From contig CM082580.2 in assembly GCA_040954595.2 (NCBI GenBank), positions 4,330,783 through 4,394,782 on the forward strand: DNA of 64,000 nt, given 5' to 3'. The position numbers were made by a program, and so were the translations under genes. Of the stretch, positions 51,905 through 64,000 are shown piece by piece; position 1 is the stretch's first letter, and every line of letters begins with the position of its first letter. The notes beneath the pieces are model-generated. The model worked only from the letters and a program-made list of their open reading frames with translations, was not told the origin of the DNA and did not search any database. This DNA comes from Balanoglossus misakiensis (lineage: Eukaryota > Animalia > Hemichordata).

Positions 51905-52420
51905 CTAGTGCGCAGGCGTGGGACGTGAGGTGATGGTCTTCAACCAATCAGTATTCAAATATCACTTTGTCGAATGACATCGCATGATGTTTAAACCGGT
52001 CACATGTCACATGTTGGATCTTGCGTTTGTTTACGATTTTCTAACCCTCAGGTGATTACACAAATGTTGTCACGCGGCCAGAAAGCGTGTTTTTAGCTTG
52101 CTCAACAATAATTCTCCTGTTTTTAACACGATTGTGAGATGTCGCTTTCCCTGGTAATTCAGTATGCCCTAGGCCCAGCTGCGCTGCCTTGGTCGAATTT
52201 TTCCAAATCCAAGATTTCAGGGATAACAATGCCATAATTTTAAAAACGTCACGTGTGAAAGATTTAGGCCTACCAACAGTTTGATGCGTACAAATGAAAA
52301 TTACCTGAATCGGATGTTTTGACTTCACTAATAAACACAAACCAAGAACGGTGCGAAATTGTAGACTCGTTTCATTACAAAACCAGTGGCGAGGTGAAAC
52401 AACCAGTGGCGTGATGTACG
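51905..52420 (-). promoter_or_regulatory. INSIG promoter with sterol regulatory elements and an NF-Y box
   Basis: ATCACCTCAC (51925-51934, minus) is 9 nt from CCAATCA (51944). Also ATCACGCCAC (52406-52415, minus), ATCACCTGAG (~52047-52056, minus) and an NRF1-like TGCGCAGGCG (51909). Confidence 0.7.
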
Positions 52421-52559
52421 ACCGTGACCCCCAATTAATAAAGGTCAATGATTTCCGCCTAACGTCGTGTATAGAAACAGAAGTTGGTGGCAGTGGTACA
52501 CTTATGGCTATTTTTCAAATTCGCGAAAGAAAAAAATAATTAACATTGCAGAAAACGAA

Positions 52560-53170
52560 CAAAAATATAGCCTCGCGATAAAACAATAACTTTACAGAAA
52601 AGGAGCGGTTTATCTAGATAAGCTTTTATCTCGAGACAATAAATAGATTACAGAAAACACACAAAATTTGCCAAGATATCGAGATTTCATTAAAACGAGC
52701 TGAATTCTCCACATAAAATTATCCCGAGATCTCGAGATGAAAGGTATATCTTCTTGTCATATAAATCTAGAATGGGTCCCTCGAGGATCTGAGCCTATTG
52801 AGAGATCACCAGATAAAAAAGGTAAACGACCAAAATATGCCACTTTCGTGACCCTCTTCGGGACCTTGACAGCACTGTGTTGGTATGGGTTTACCATTCT
52901 GAGTTTAAACTCTGGAACATGACAGTGAATAATACTATTGAGGTTGTGCACGCTAATTCACACCAGAGTAAAAGCTGAATTTTGCGAAAATTGTCTGTTA
53001 CACACCAACGCCCGGTGCAAGGTAACCTAGAGGTCATGTAAGTGGCCTATCATCTCGAAACAAACAAGTCAGATTTGGCCTTCAAAACAAAAGTATCTCG
53101 ATATAAATGAGATAACAGAAAACGAGCTGAATTATTATACCGATCTTACTACTGTTACGGGGCGTATAGT
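52560..53170. repeat. Degenerate repeat with multiple ATCTCGAGAT-like units
   Basis: TATCTCGAGA, GATATCGAGAT, GAGATCTCGAGAT, CATCTCGAAA and GTATCTCGATAT recur, and AAAACGAGCTGAATT is duplicated (~52692, ~53119). Confidence 0.45.
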
Positions 53171-53994
53171 TATCACATTCCATATAGCCGCCTCAGGCTA
53201 CACTTGTAGAATTTTGATAAAACTCTATTGCAATATTGTCTTTTTCTTGAAATGTTCACAAAAGGAGCCAAAATAGGATTATTATTAGGTCTAAATGATA
53301 TTTAAAAACAATATGTCATCACGCTTGATTTTTTTAAAGAGCTGTTTACTAGATAGATATTTCCACAATACGAAAAGTATAGCATTAGGAGCGCGAGAAA
53401 AGTGCTGACTTAGCATTTTCCGCAATAATTTAGACCCTTGGCATTACGTTCATGTTTTGAATTCATCGATATATGAATGCGTATCTCCATTGTGTGTGTC
53501 CCGCATAGTTGGCAAACTCAAAGTCCGAAATACGTAGGTGCTAGGTGTAAGGTTACTCGCAGGGGTATCTGAGGCGCCCTCAACCGTTGTGTAGCGAACC
53601 TTTCGCTTTTCGCCGACTTGCGAGGGCGCACATTCAACCAGATAGTAAGTTTTATCATTAAGTTTGTGTAGGCGGCAAGAGTGGCTGTGAGAGATCAGTA
53701 AAAATCATGATTTGTGAAGAATTTCCCGGCTGGTTCCTTTCTAAAGAAATTCATCAGTCTATACACAACACGTATTCCCGTCTCTTCACATCTCTACCGA
53801 CACCCTTGCTGTGGAAATTGGGACGCACATATACGTACATACATACAAACTTAATAAATAAATCATTTGAATTGCGATATATTTTAATAATAATCATTTA
53901 GTAATTAAAATTCAACTAAGTACATTTCAAGATAAATTCATTCAAAGTGAGAGACTGCAAAGAAGTGCTGTAAAGCAATGATTTGAGGTCAGAT

Positions 53995-56900
53995 TTACCA
54001 CCCCTTAACTCGGTCGTTGTTTTGTTCTTGTAGCCACTCCATTAATGGCTGGAAGTATTCCAGTATAGCCTCAGTTTGAATGCGCCTCTGACCTGTGATA
54101 GCTTGCATGACGTCAGGCCATGGTCTTGAACGACCTAACTCCATCATTTGTCTGAGAAGAAACGGGAAAGGAAGAATAAGGTTACGAAGAAAATTAGTGA
54201 ATAGCAAACAAAATCTACCAACATCTAACTGACTAGATATTTCTACAGTAGACCATTCTCCGAACTCTATGAGACCACGTTACATCTTGCGTGGCTTGGA
54301 AGTTTATTGAAGTTTATGCGTTAACGTTCTTGATATTCTCAGACATTGGCATTTCATTTAAAAAAGGAACTAATCATACAAGTGCCATGTTCTGTTTGAT
54401 GATGAAAGATTCGTCGTCTTGTTGGTCTTTGGAATATTCGCTTCCTCTCCTCCGCCACCCAAAAGGCCCCAGTCTTAGTTACCTTAGTTTCTCCCCCGCT
54501 TCTTTAGAATTGTAGATGTCACATCGATGTATTGGACCGGAGAATCCGGCTTCTTTACACAGAGATTTGTGAAATTGAAATTGCATCAGAAAGCTGACAA
54601 AATACCTAGAGAAATAGAAGACAGGTCAGAGCAGATCCCGACAAACATCCAATTATGTAACATAAACGGTATTCTAAAACAACAACAACAACAACAGCAA
54701 TCTATTCATGTCACAAGTACATATCAATTTGTCTCATTAACCTGATGTATGGAATGCCAGAAGCGACGTGATATTTGGCACCCGGGTCAAAATCGTTTTC
54801 ATCCCTCTCTATTGGTGCAGACAGACCTTGATAACGCGCTCTGAGAATACAAGGGAGAAACGATACGTTAGAGAGGCGGGATGCAAAAACGACGTTGTAC
54901 AACGAGCAAATGTTTAATTTATATATTCGAATTTTGACAAAGATGTTAGTAAGGTTTATTTTAGATTTTTTCAAACAGAAGCTTATATTGTTCTCATCAG
55001 GTAAACATTCAAAGCATAATTTTTCTTGACAACCTCAGATCCCACCAGTGGGAATTGTACTGTTTGGGTTCAATGTCCCCTCTGTACACGTTCCATCTCC
55101 ATTGGTCCAGTGCTAAGGCATAGGGCAGAAGTACAACCCGTTCCAAGGCTTGTCGCATCAAGAAATTCACATCTTCCTCTGCAAAAATAATAAGGGCACA
55201 TATTTTACTATTTAATTACATTATGTGCAGGTGATCGCGCTATTAGGTAAATACACTTTCAGTAATGAATTTTTAGACACATCCTTGTTAAGGTAGTTGG
55301 TGAACATCGTAACAGAAAGTTACATTTGCACTATAGACATATTGGAAAGCTCGATCGTCTTGTGAATTTTCTTTATGTGTTACTATGACATAGATATAAA
55401 TGACGAAGTGCGGTAAGGCAAAATTTACACCACTCAACGAAGCTGCTGCTGGGGGTGGAACTGAAGTACAGTTACAAATTTCACAAGAGGAAGTCTATCT
55501 TGAGTAAAGATATACATGCGCTTTTCTCGTCTTTTTTTATTATTAGCCAACTATCACGGAAAACGATAATCTTTCATAATTTAATCTTTCACAATTACTC
55601 AAGGAAGGTTATCAGCACTTAGTCACGCGATTAATTGAATCAGCCAATACAGTATGTAAATAACACAATGTTATTAAATGTTATTAATGCATTGGTGAGC
55701 TGACAATTACTAGTGATTATCTTTACCTTGTGTTCGGTCATCTACTTTCAACAAACCGACAGAATGTAAATGTCGAGGAGTGTTCACAGACAAAGCGATT
55801 GTATCTCCGACGGCTTCATGAAAGGCGGGGTTGGCTCCCCCACGGTAAATGATGGGTTGGTCTCGATAGTTGATGTAGTACTGACAATGACCCATTTCGT
55901 GATGGATAGTGTAGAAGTCATACATGTTGACCTCAGAACACATCTTAATTCTGGAGAGATGCGAAAAAGGAGAGTGTTATTCCCCACATATATTATATGA
56001 TCCACCCTTCCGTACACTCAGTGAATAAATTCAGCCAATCAATCAAAAAACAAACACATATCACCCTCACATCGGTCCGTCCGTCCGTCCATCCATCCAT
56101 CCATCAATCAATCCATCCATCCATCCATCCCCCCTCCATGGGCCCTGAGAATTATAGAGTTCTGCGCTTAGTGGTAGTGTTGTCGAAAGCATATACATTG
56201 TACTGTGTATTGTATACAAAGTCGAGAGACCGCATATATACATCCAATGAGACCAGTGTAATATGGACAAGAAGAGTCGGGCATTTGCATCAAGCACTAT
56301 TCCAACCACCGACGTGTGCCAACGGTCGCTACGAGGAGCTCTTTGTTGAAACATGGTTGCATCAGATGGAATTCGCGGAACTCGTGCATCCAAAGGAAGC
56401 TTTTACTCTGCGTATTCCTAAGGTTTTTTACAAGATTACTGGCTACGTCTTGAAAAGGTCATATTATCAAAATAAAGCAACGTACTATGAAATCACATAC
56501 GCATTGATGTTTCGTTCGCACTCATCACTTTGCCTAAAACATATCATTCTTCCGTTTCTCAGAATAATATATGAAAATACGACACATTGTTCATAAAAAT
56601 ACGCAGTTGTAATTATTATTTATTTTGTTTCCCTGAAAGCTGCCAATCGAACAAACACGACATAATAACATAATGGCAAATAATAAGCCCAACCTGACAT
56701 CTTTCTCAGTAAAGAAGTCTTCCGCAGAGGGATGGCAAGCAATCTCTCTGTCGACAGGTTTTACGAAGACCGACTTTTCCCAGAAACTTGTTGGCATTGG
56801 CTCAAATCCTAGTGACTGGAAGAATTCGTCCGCCATTTTGAACATGCGCTTTGGAGTGTAATTTTGACGGATCATCTCATCTGTCACATCTACAGAAGGT

Positions 56901-57364
56901 TTGTTCGGGAACGGCTCCACAATGTCATATATAGGTGTCCACTGCTGAGCCCACATATTGCCTAAAAGATATGAACACCAATTTTAGTAGTGCGTTAGGA
57001 AAATAGGCGCGTTATCATTATCGTCCGTGTCATGCATACCAAACAGCAAGCATACGTGAAATAACACCTATATGTCATTCTCGTGTTGTCCTCATTTATG
57101 TGTTTTTTATAAACAAACAAACATGCATACATACATACATACATACATACATACATACATACATACATACATACATACATACATACATACATACATACAT
57201 ACATACATACATACATACATACATACATACATACATACATACATACATACATACATACATACATACATACATACATACATACATACATACATACATACAT
57301 ACATACATACATACATACATACATACATACATACATACATACATACATACATACATACATACAT

Positions 57365-57395
<31 letters not shown>

Positions 57396-60300
57396 TGTAC
57401 CTAATATATGAGCAGGAATGAGACCATCGGGGCTAACTTTTTCTGGTCCATAGAACAACGATAGCTCATGACGTACATATGCGTGGATCTCGATGTATAG
57501 AGGGCGAATTTCATCAAACAGTTGTTCTGCCAATTTGTCAAAATCTTCCATTTCGTACGATATCTCCAGAGACTCCTCAGCCATGTCTTTGTATCCTATG
57601 AGAGAAATGACGTCAGTTTATATCAAATAAAGTATAAGTATATAGGAAGAGGTCGGAATGGATGACGCACGCAGTTACAGGTACAGTAGCTTTAAGTCTT
57701 CAGACATGTCAGATATTTTTTCCACTTTACACTGACAGTTTCAGGGTCCATTTTGGAATATGCTGTAATGTAGATGAACCGAGAATCGAACTGCCGTCAC
57801 TGGTTTTATAATACAACAAGCGATGGTGCAATTCAAATAAACCATTCATCAAGTCCCAGTTAATTAGACTTAATTGATAACAGACTGCATAATTTCAGTA
57901 GACTTCATGCATGATGAATTTCTTTTTTTCAGCATCAGTACCTTGGGCGCTGAAGCATAAACATCAATTACTGATTACTTCATTTACATAACTAATTTAT
58001 TGACGTCAACTCTAGCATAAGCGAGTTTTGTCATTCGAAGTGACAAAAATAACGATAATTATCGAATAAATGAAATGTGATGTTTAATATCATATGATAT
58101 TTTCGACTAAATTATAACTACTGTCCCTTGTAGACAAAATTAACTTCCAGATGATAGTAACTGCTTCAAGCCTTATCATTTTTTGTCCCTGAATTACCTG
58201 AGTAATGCCAATGAAGCATTGTTTGAATTATTATAGTTTGCGCGAGGGAACTAGGTGTTCACGGTCTTGGTTCCGTAAAAATTAATACTGAAATCCAAAA
58301 TTTAGAGAGTTTTCCTTTATCATTCAAGATTTTAACATTTTGAAAGACGGTTAGAAAAGGTTTTGATAATGCAATTACCTTTCTCTCTTGCTCCCTCATT
58401 GAGAAGTCTGACATACTCGGGATAAAGTTTACCGATTGGAATACCCACTGCATCTCTCCAACCTTTCCAAGCTTTTAACAGTTCATTGTAATCACGAGAT
58501 TTGGCCATGATATCAACAAGATCCGGTTCCAATTCCTTACAAACATTACTTCCAGGTGTAGGCTTTCCTGTTGCCATGGTGGCGTCACACACTTTTCCAG
58601 TACTGTAAATGTCCAGCATGTTTCCCTGTAAATCTTTCAGTTTCCTGAGAAATAATCAAATTCAATTTGATATTGTAAAAAAAATGATAAGTGGGGCAAC
58701 GGCAAAAGAATATTCTAGGGCCTCTTAAATGGAAGCGGTTGTCGCACCGCGTTTGTTTGATATAGGTCTAAACATTACAATTAACCCACAAATCCCTGAA
58801 ATTAGATCATTCTTAGAATGAACCAAGCAGCCAACCGTAGCGTGACTGCAGTGGGGTTTGCGCTTGTATGGGAGGACATATTCTCATCAAGGGGGACACC
58901 CACGCAGCGTGACGACCCCTTCCCTTTAACTCTGACAAGGAGAATAAATTATGAAATGGAAATCACCAATGAAGACAGAATTAACGGCAAACATATGTAA
59001 CAGTGTGTCTCATGTCTTCCGGGGTTCTCTACGCATACGTATACGTCCAGTGTCAGCAAAAGACTGCACATGCACGACTTTTCTATGTAAAATCAAACCA
59101 CAACAAGTAAGATGCATTGTTTGCTATAATGTGCACTGTAATACCAAGTAAAAACCTCGTTGTTTGAAACGGTGTACATTTTACCATGTATACTTTGTGC
59201 CTACTTTGACTCAGTGGCAATTGCGCCATATGGGACATAACCATAGCCACAGACGGGATGGCACCCACCCATCAAGAGACATGTATACCGAGTACTATTT
59301 ACCTGTCGTCTTTTTTCACGTTCAGCTGCACACTGCCTTCCAACAGAAGTGTAAACTGTCTCCGAGTATCGTAGCTAAAACTGTTGTACTCAAACTTTTC
59401 AGCTTCATCTCTTATGAGCTGGCCCTGATGAAATAACTTTGTGGTCACTTCATTCAACTTGTCTGATGTCGCTTCAGTCATGTTTGTCTCAAAGTTCCAG
59501 GATGCAACGGACGCAAGGCGACTCATCGCCACCATTTTATCGTTGACAACACCAAGCCATTGTGTGGCCACCAACTCATCAGCATATGGATCATCTGTGT
59601 GCCAAAAAAGAAAGATTTAGCATGGACGATAAAGCGACCATGACAATCTATTGCTTCTGACTTGAAGTAGTTTTATTCTTTCGTGTTATTTCTCTACATA
59701 TTTCACCATCAAGGTAGTATGCATTCTTGAGACAGAATTCATTTCAAAATGAAGTTTCATAGAATCCTGTTCCAATTGTGTTACTGTTAAAATATATGGA
59801 CGATATGTATAAGAAAACCATGACATTTTCTGATAGCCTTCTACAAAAACCACGACAATTAAATTAAACAGAACATCTGTGTGCATATGGATGATTCATT
59901 AATCACTCAAACTGCGGCATATTCAAGGCCAATACATTTACACACTGCCCAGCAATGAGTTCTTAATTTGAATTATTGGACGAGAATCTTAACCATTTTA
60001 ACGCCACATTTTCGATCTGATGCAAAATGTTTATCATTCTCCCACATTTTCCTGATTTTTCCTCATCTTTGGTTTCTGTGGGTCTTGATCAAAACTTAAG
60101 ATAAAAGTAAATGTTCTAGAAGTCAATTTTACCAATTAATAACAAGTTTACTTTGGCGTCGAAGGTGTTACAGGCTCCAGGGTGACTAAGATAGAAATTA
60201 TCTTTTGGCTGTGATGATTTCACAATGACATAATTTAACCATATCACGCTGAAAAGTCACTATTTGAATACCTGATGATGAATTTAGCGGCCCAACCTAA

Positions 60301-61872
60301 ATAGTTTAAAGTTCCAATAGCTGCCAATTTATGAATTATTTTCATTATTTTACTGTCAATCCAAGAATTGCCCACTTTAATGACATACTGATGGGTAAAC
60401 GCAAACATATGAACATGATATGTGATCATTGCTGTACACGCTATATGGCTGCCACAACCGTTTATTCAGCCAACCATTGCAAGTGTACACAACTTACCCC
60501 TACGTATAGGAAATTTCACAAAATAATAAGAATGACTTCCGTAAGGAGAAGACTAAAATATTTTATGAATGAAAATTATTTTAAAAGTGGTAGCTATTGG
60601 CCCAGGGCTTAAATGTCTATATTTGATATGTACCACTGTTTTGAAACACCTATCATGTGAAAAGTACGAGGAAAGAGATATTAACGAGACACTGACATGG
60701 ATACATAAATCTTACATAGTGGTCTCCCGTGATTTGATCAAAATTCACAACAATAAGCATGAAAGTACAACCTGCTCACTTGCCAGAGTGAATTTGTAAG
60801 TCGTATGTTGTATGTGCTATAATTAAAGTTGGCAGTTTGACGCCATATTGTTGGCAAACATGCCTGTACTGACACTGGCACTTCTGTAAGCATTTGTCCA
60901 TATGTTGGGGTGATATCAAACGATCGACTATAAAGTAAATATGTCCATGGGGCTTTTATAATGCGGTTTTCCTCATTATTCATTATTTCAATAGCCGCAT
61001 CAGTATTCACTTTTGTCTGTATTTGTCTTCTTCCTCTCATTGTTATTTTCTCTCTCCCCTTTCTCTCTCTCTGTGTCTCTGTTTTTCTGTCTCACACGTG
61101 TATGCGGCTTGCTCATAAGTTCACTTTCGCTTTATCATTCCCCTTTCAGAAAGCATTCTATAGGCAAAACGATTGAAAGTAAATTGTGATAATAACATCA
61201 TGAAAATAAATTTTCACCTGTAAACACTTTCCATTTCACTATTCTATGCTTCATTTCTTTTGGGAACTATATATTTGTTTTCATTAAAAAATCATGCTGA
61301 AATGTCAATGAATTTCCATAGAATTCAGTAATTTTAAGACATTTCTGGATATCGTACAATCTAACGTTACTTCAAATTGTGTTAGGTCATTATGGAAATC
61401 TACAACAAAATTTTATAGATGTCTACAGATATATATCACAAGGAATTGCATTTTTGTTTTTAGGATATTGTACTTTCGGTCTGAGTGAATTCTCAATGTG
61501 TTTGCTCTACACACTGTACCCACATATCACATTTAAGATGTCAAAAATGAACAAGAAACATATGGTTACATGTGGCAATCCTGAGCAAGAAAAAGAAACA
61601 TTTGGTCACAGCGAATATTGATATTAGATAGAGGGGAGCGGAGACTGTAAAGAAAATGCCATTGTAACGTCAAAGAACACCTGTACACATTACAATAACA
61701 AATTAAATAATTACTCACCGTATAAATAATTATAACAGCAATCTAAATAGGACTCACAACAAATATTGGCAAGGCGAACCCAGTTATCGTCTTCAGCTCT
61801 TGCCAAACATATAGTCGGTCCAAGGGAACTCAGAGTGAATATTAACGATAGCAAAGTGGCACACCTCGCCAT
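53995..61872 (-). CDS. ACE: Angiotensin-converting enzyme-like peptidase (M2), single catalytic domain, secreted; exons 61719-61872, 59303-59594, 58379-58644, 57401-57595, 56694-56961, 55727-55950, 55034-55178, 54742-54840, 54483-54605, 53995-54151
   Basis: Zinc motif HHEMGH plus [40 protein letters not shown]|[21 protein letters not shown]|YF and [11 protein letters not shown]...GW*. Exon 1 encodes a signal peptide and splice phases are consistent. Confidence 0.95.
56075..56130. repeat. (GTCC)n/(ATCC)n microsatellite
   Basis: Read directly from the sequence. Confidence 0.9.
57126..57393. repeat. (CATA)~60 followed by (CAGA)~7 compound microsatellite in ACE intron 4
   Basis: Read directly from the sequence; it is the source of the spurious MYVC/HTYI ORFs. 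Confidence 0.98.
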
Positions 61873-63182
61873 TCTAAGAAACTACAATACTTCAGTGTTG
61901 CATGTGTTTTACAGCCAGGCGTGTGCATCAGGTAAACTTCCCAAGGCGCAGAACCCAACAGACCTTGTAGCGTTGAATGTACGCGATGAGTTACTGATGG
62001 CCTATCATTTGGTCTCGTCATCATAATTGTGATTGATATACGTGTAGGTGGCTCATTACAGCAAAACCATGCAACATCAAATGAAATGATAATGAAATTT
62101 ATCCGGACCCGACTCGCTGCTATGACAATGCAATGAAGCGCTAAATTCATCAAATTTCATCGCAGCTTGACAGCGCAGACGTTAGCTACAGTCAGACGTT
62201 AGCAGGAGAATTTTGAATATGCGTATTTATTAGGTTTGCATGACGATCCTGAATTGGCGCTTAATGAATGTAGCGGCGGAGATGTCCTCGTCCAATCAGA
62301 TCTCTCATTACTGCGGCTACTGATAGAACCGTGAACAGAAAAATGGCCCATTATTTTCGGCATCATGCTGTGTTAACGTCAAATTGTGGTTGTCGAGATT
62401 ACGAGATAAATAGCAGCATAATGATAGATTGACTGGTCTTGACGTCAAACCATATCTTCACCGACAAACTATTTAATGAATGTTACTACTTCCAAAATGT
62501 TTAACTTTGACAAGTGAGAAAGTTCACACATTTTAGTATATACATGTACGTTTAATTAAATCTCCAGTAACTCTAAATGTACCTATTTATTCATTAGTTT
62601 TTTTTCTTCAATTTGTTAGCTTTATGTAATTCAATGTTTAGTTTACCTTACTAACAAATCATGTATCGGTCAGTGTTAATTGTTGTTAAACGTTTTCCAC
62701 ACCGCGGTTGAAAGGAAAACTGCATCACGTCAACTGGCAACACAGCACATGGCAATGGGGGTACACGGACAGAACATGCCATCTAAAACAAGATGCAGAT
62801 ATTAGGAGACATACCTTGGGGAAAAATGTTGGCGGGTGGTGAGGAGGGGGGACAATCTTTTGTTATGCCCTGAGGAAAAAAAGGATTGGCAATGGAACAA
62901 AAATGGTGTGATAGTGGCTGAAAAAAATTAGCTGACACACCCTAATCCTCTACCCCCAAGGAAATATACTGGTTCTCCCCTAAGCTATAAAGGGTGTTGA
63001 ATTTGCATGAAAAAAATTAAAGTTTGTTCAGACACAAATCTGACCTTGCCTGACTTCTTTACCTTTTGCCACAGGCGATACTATTAACAAAACTCTTAGG
63101 GGGAATGGAAAATCATGAAACTTTTTTGATCAAAATGGAGTTTGATCTCCAAACACAATTTGAAGCGACCCAGCCAGCTACG

Positions 63183-63291
63183 TCACATGACAAGACTGAG
63201 CATGCGTATCTCTGTGCATCGACGGGGAAACCCCCTTTCCAGATCACATGACAAGCATGCGTAGTAGCACATTCACAGGGGGGGAATCCCC
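63183..63291. promoter_or_regulatory. Duplicated E-box + NF-kB-like module upstream of ACE
   Basis: Two ~60-bp units, each TCACATGACAAG..GCATGCGTA..GGGGAA(A/T)CCCC. Confidence 0.4.
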
Positions 63292-64000
63292 AGTCGCAGT
63301 CACCTGTTGAGCTGTCAAAGAGTTTTGGCAATGTGGCGGTCATGTCTTGAAATCTATGCGTTACTTTATCAGTGAACCCGGAACCAGGGTTTATTTTGTG
63401 ATAGTAGCTTTGGTAACAGGTATGTAGTACGTCACATGTAGACGAATCATGAAGCTTGGAGCGGCTGGGTGCGCGTAGCTAGCTAGAGAGGTACCAAATC
63501 GAGTCTGAGTGAATGCGCCAGATTTCCAGTGATTTGACGACATGAATGTCGTTTCTCTTAATCCGAATTTTTTATTGCTTGCTTGTTCGCCTTCCGATCC
63601 AAGTTTGAATCTGGAAAAAAGGGGGAATTGTCGGCTGAATATGCCACGTTCACCAGCAGTGTTTATCATCTTTGTGAGCTAGGTCACATTCAAAGAGAAG
63701 GGGGGGGGGGGGGGCTGCCACGTGGACAAAATCGCTTTGTTCACTTTATTCGTGTATCACACAGGTCTCTGTGCCATCGTGACGCTTATCTTATCTCAAT
63801 GCATTAAATTTCATTTCAAAACATTGTTGTCTACAGACACGCCCACTTCTGTGCTCAGCAGGCCCGATTTTTCGTGTTTAATGCATGTTGAATTTTCAGT
63901 TGTGATTATGCCGATTCTGTTGTATCACATTTACATTTGAAATCGATTGACTTGAACTGAACAACAGATATCATGTTTTTATTTTGGAATTATTATAGCG

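Noticed and set aside
55997-56596. 199-aa + strand ORF nested in an ACE intron
   Set aside because: It is partly microsatellite-derived with no recognisable domain; at most a decayed LINE 3' remnant in another frame.
56995-57411. MYVC/HTYI repeat proteins
   Set aside because: These are translations of the (CATA)n microsatellite.

Overview
This is eukaryotic, intron-rich, AT-rich genomic DNA from a bilaterian animal. It is probably an invertebrate deuterostome or other marine invertebrate; the taxon is inferred and cannot be proven from the window. Eight spliced protein-coding genes can be assembled by hand from exon fragments and splice signals: MYG1 (+), a ZXD-family (ZXDC-like) C2H2 zinc-finger gene (-), RPS11 (-), RIC3 (+), a KIAA2026/BRD10-like bromodomain gene (-), JMJD7 (+), INSIG (-) and a single-domain secreted ACE (peptidase M2) (-). 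Two pairs are head-to-head: RPS11/RIC3 and BRD10/JMJD7. Non-coding highlights are two intronic U35/SNORD35 box C/D snoRNAs and a 5'TOP in RPS11, a U12 (minor spliceosome) intron, uORF and SRE/NF-Y promoter cluster in INSIG, and a probable GC-AG intron in JMJD7. MYG1 has an upstream exon encoding a mitochondrial-presequence-like extension, and ACE exon 1 encodes an unexpected CC-x5-CC mini-module after the signal peptide. Repeats include a tandemly duplicated ~0.8-kb element with 66-bp CCAAT/AP-1 subrepeats, piggyBac-like and TA-target MITEs, a tRNA-derived SINE, a LINE 3' fragment, short palindromes and microsatellites. I found no CRISPR, rRNA or bona fide tRNA, and I could not establish a wholly new multi-gene system. 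Exon coordinates were read by eye and may be off by a few bases.
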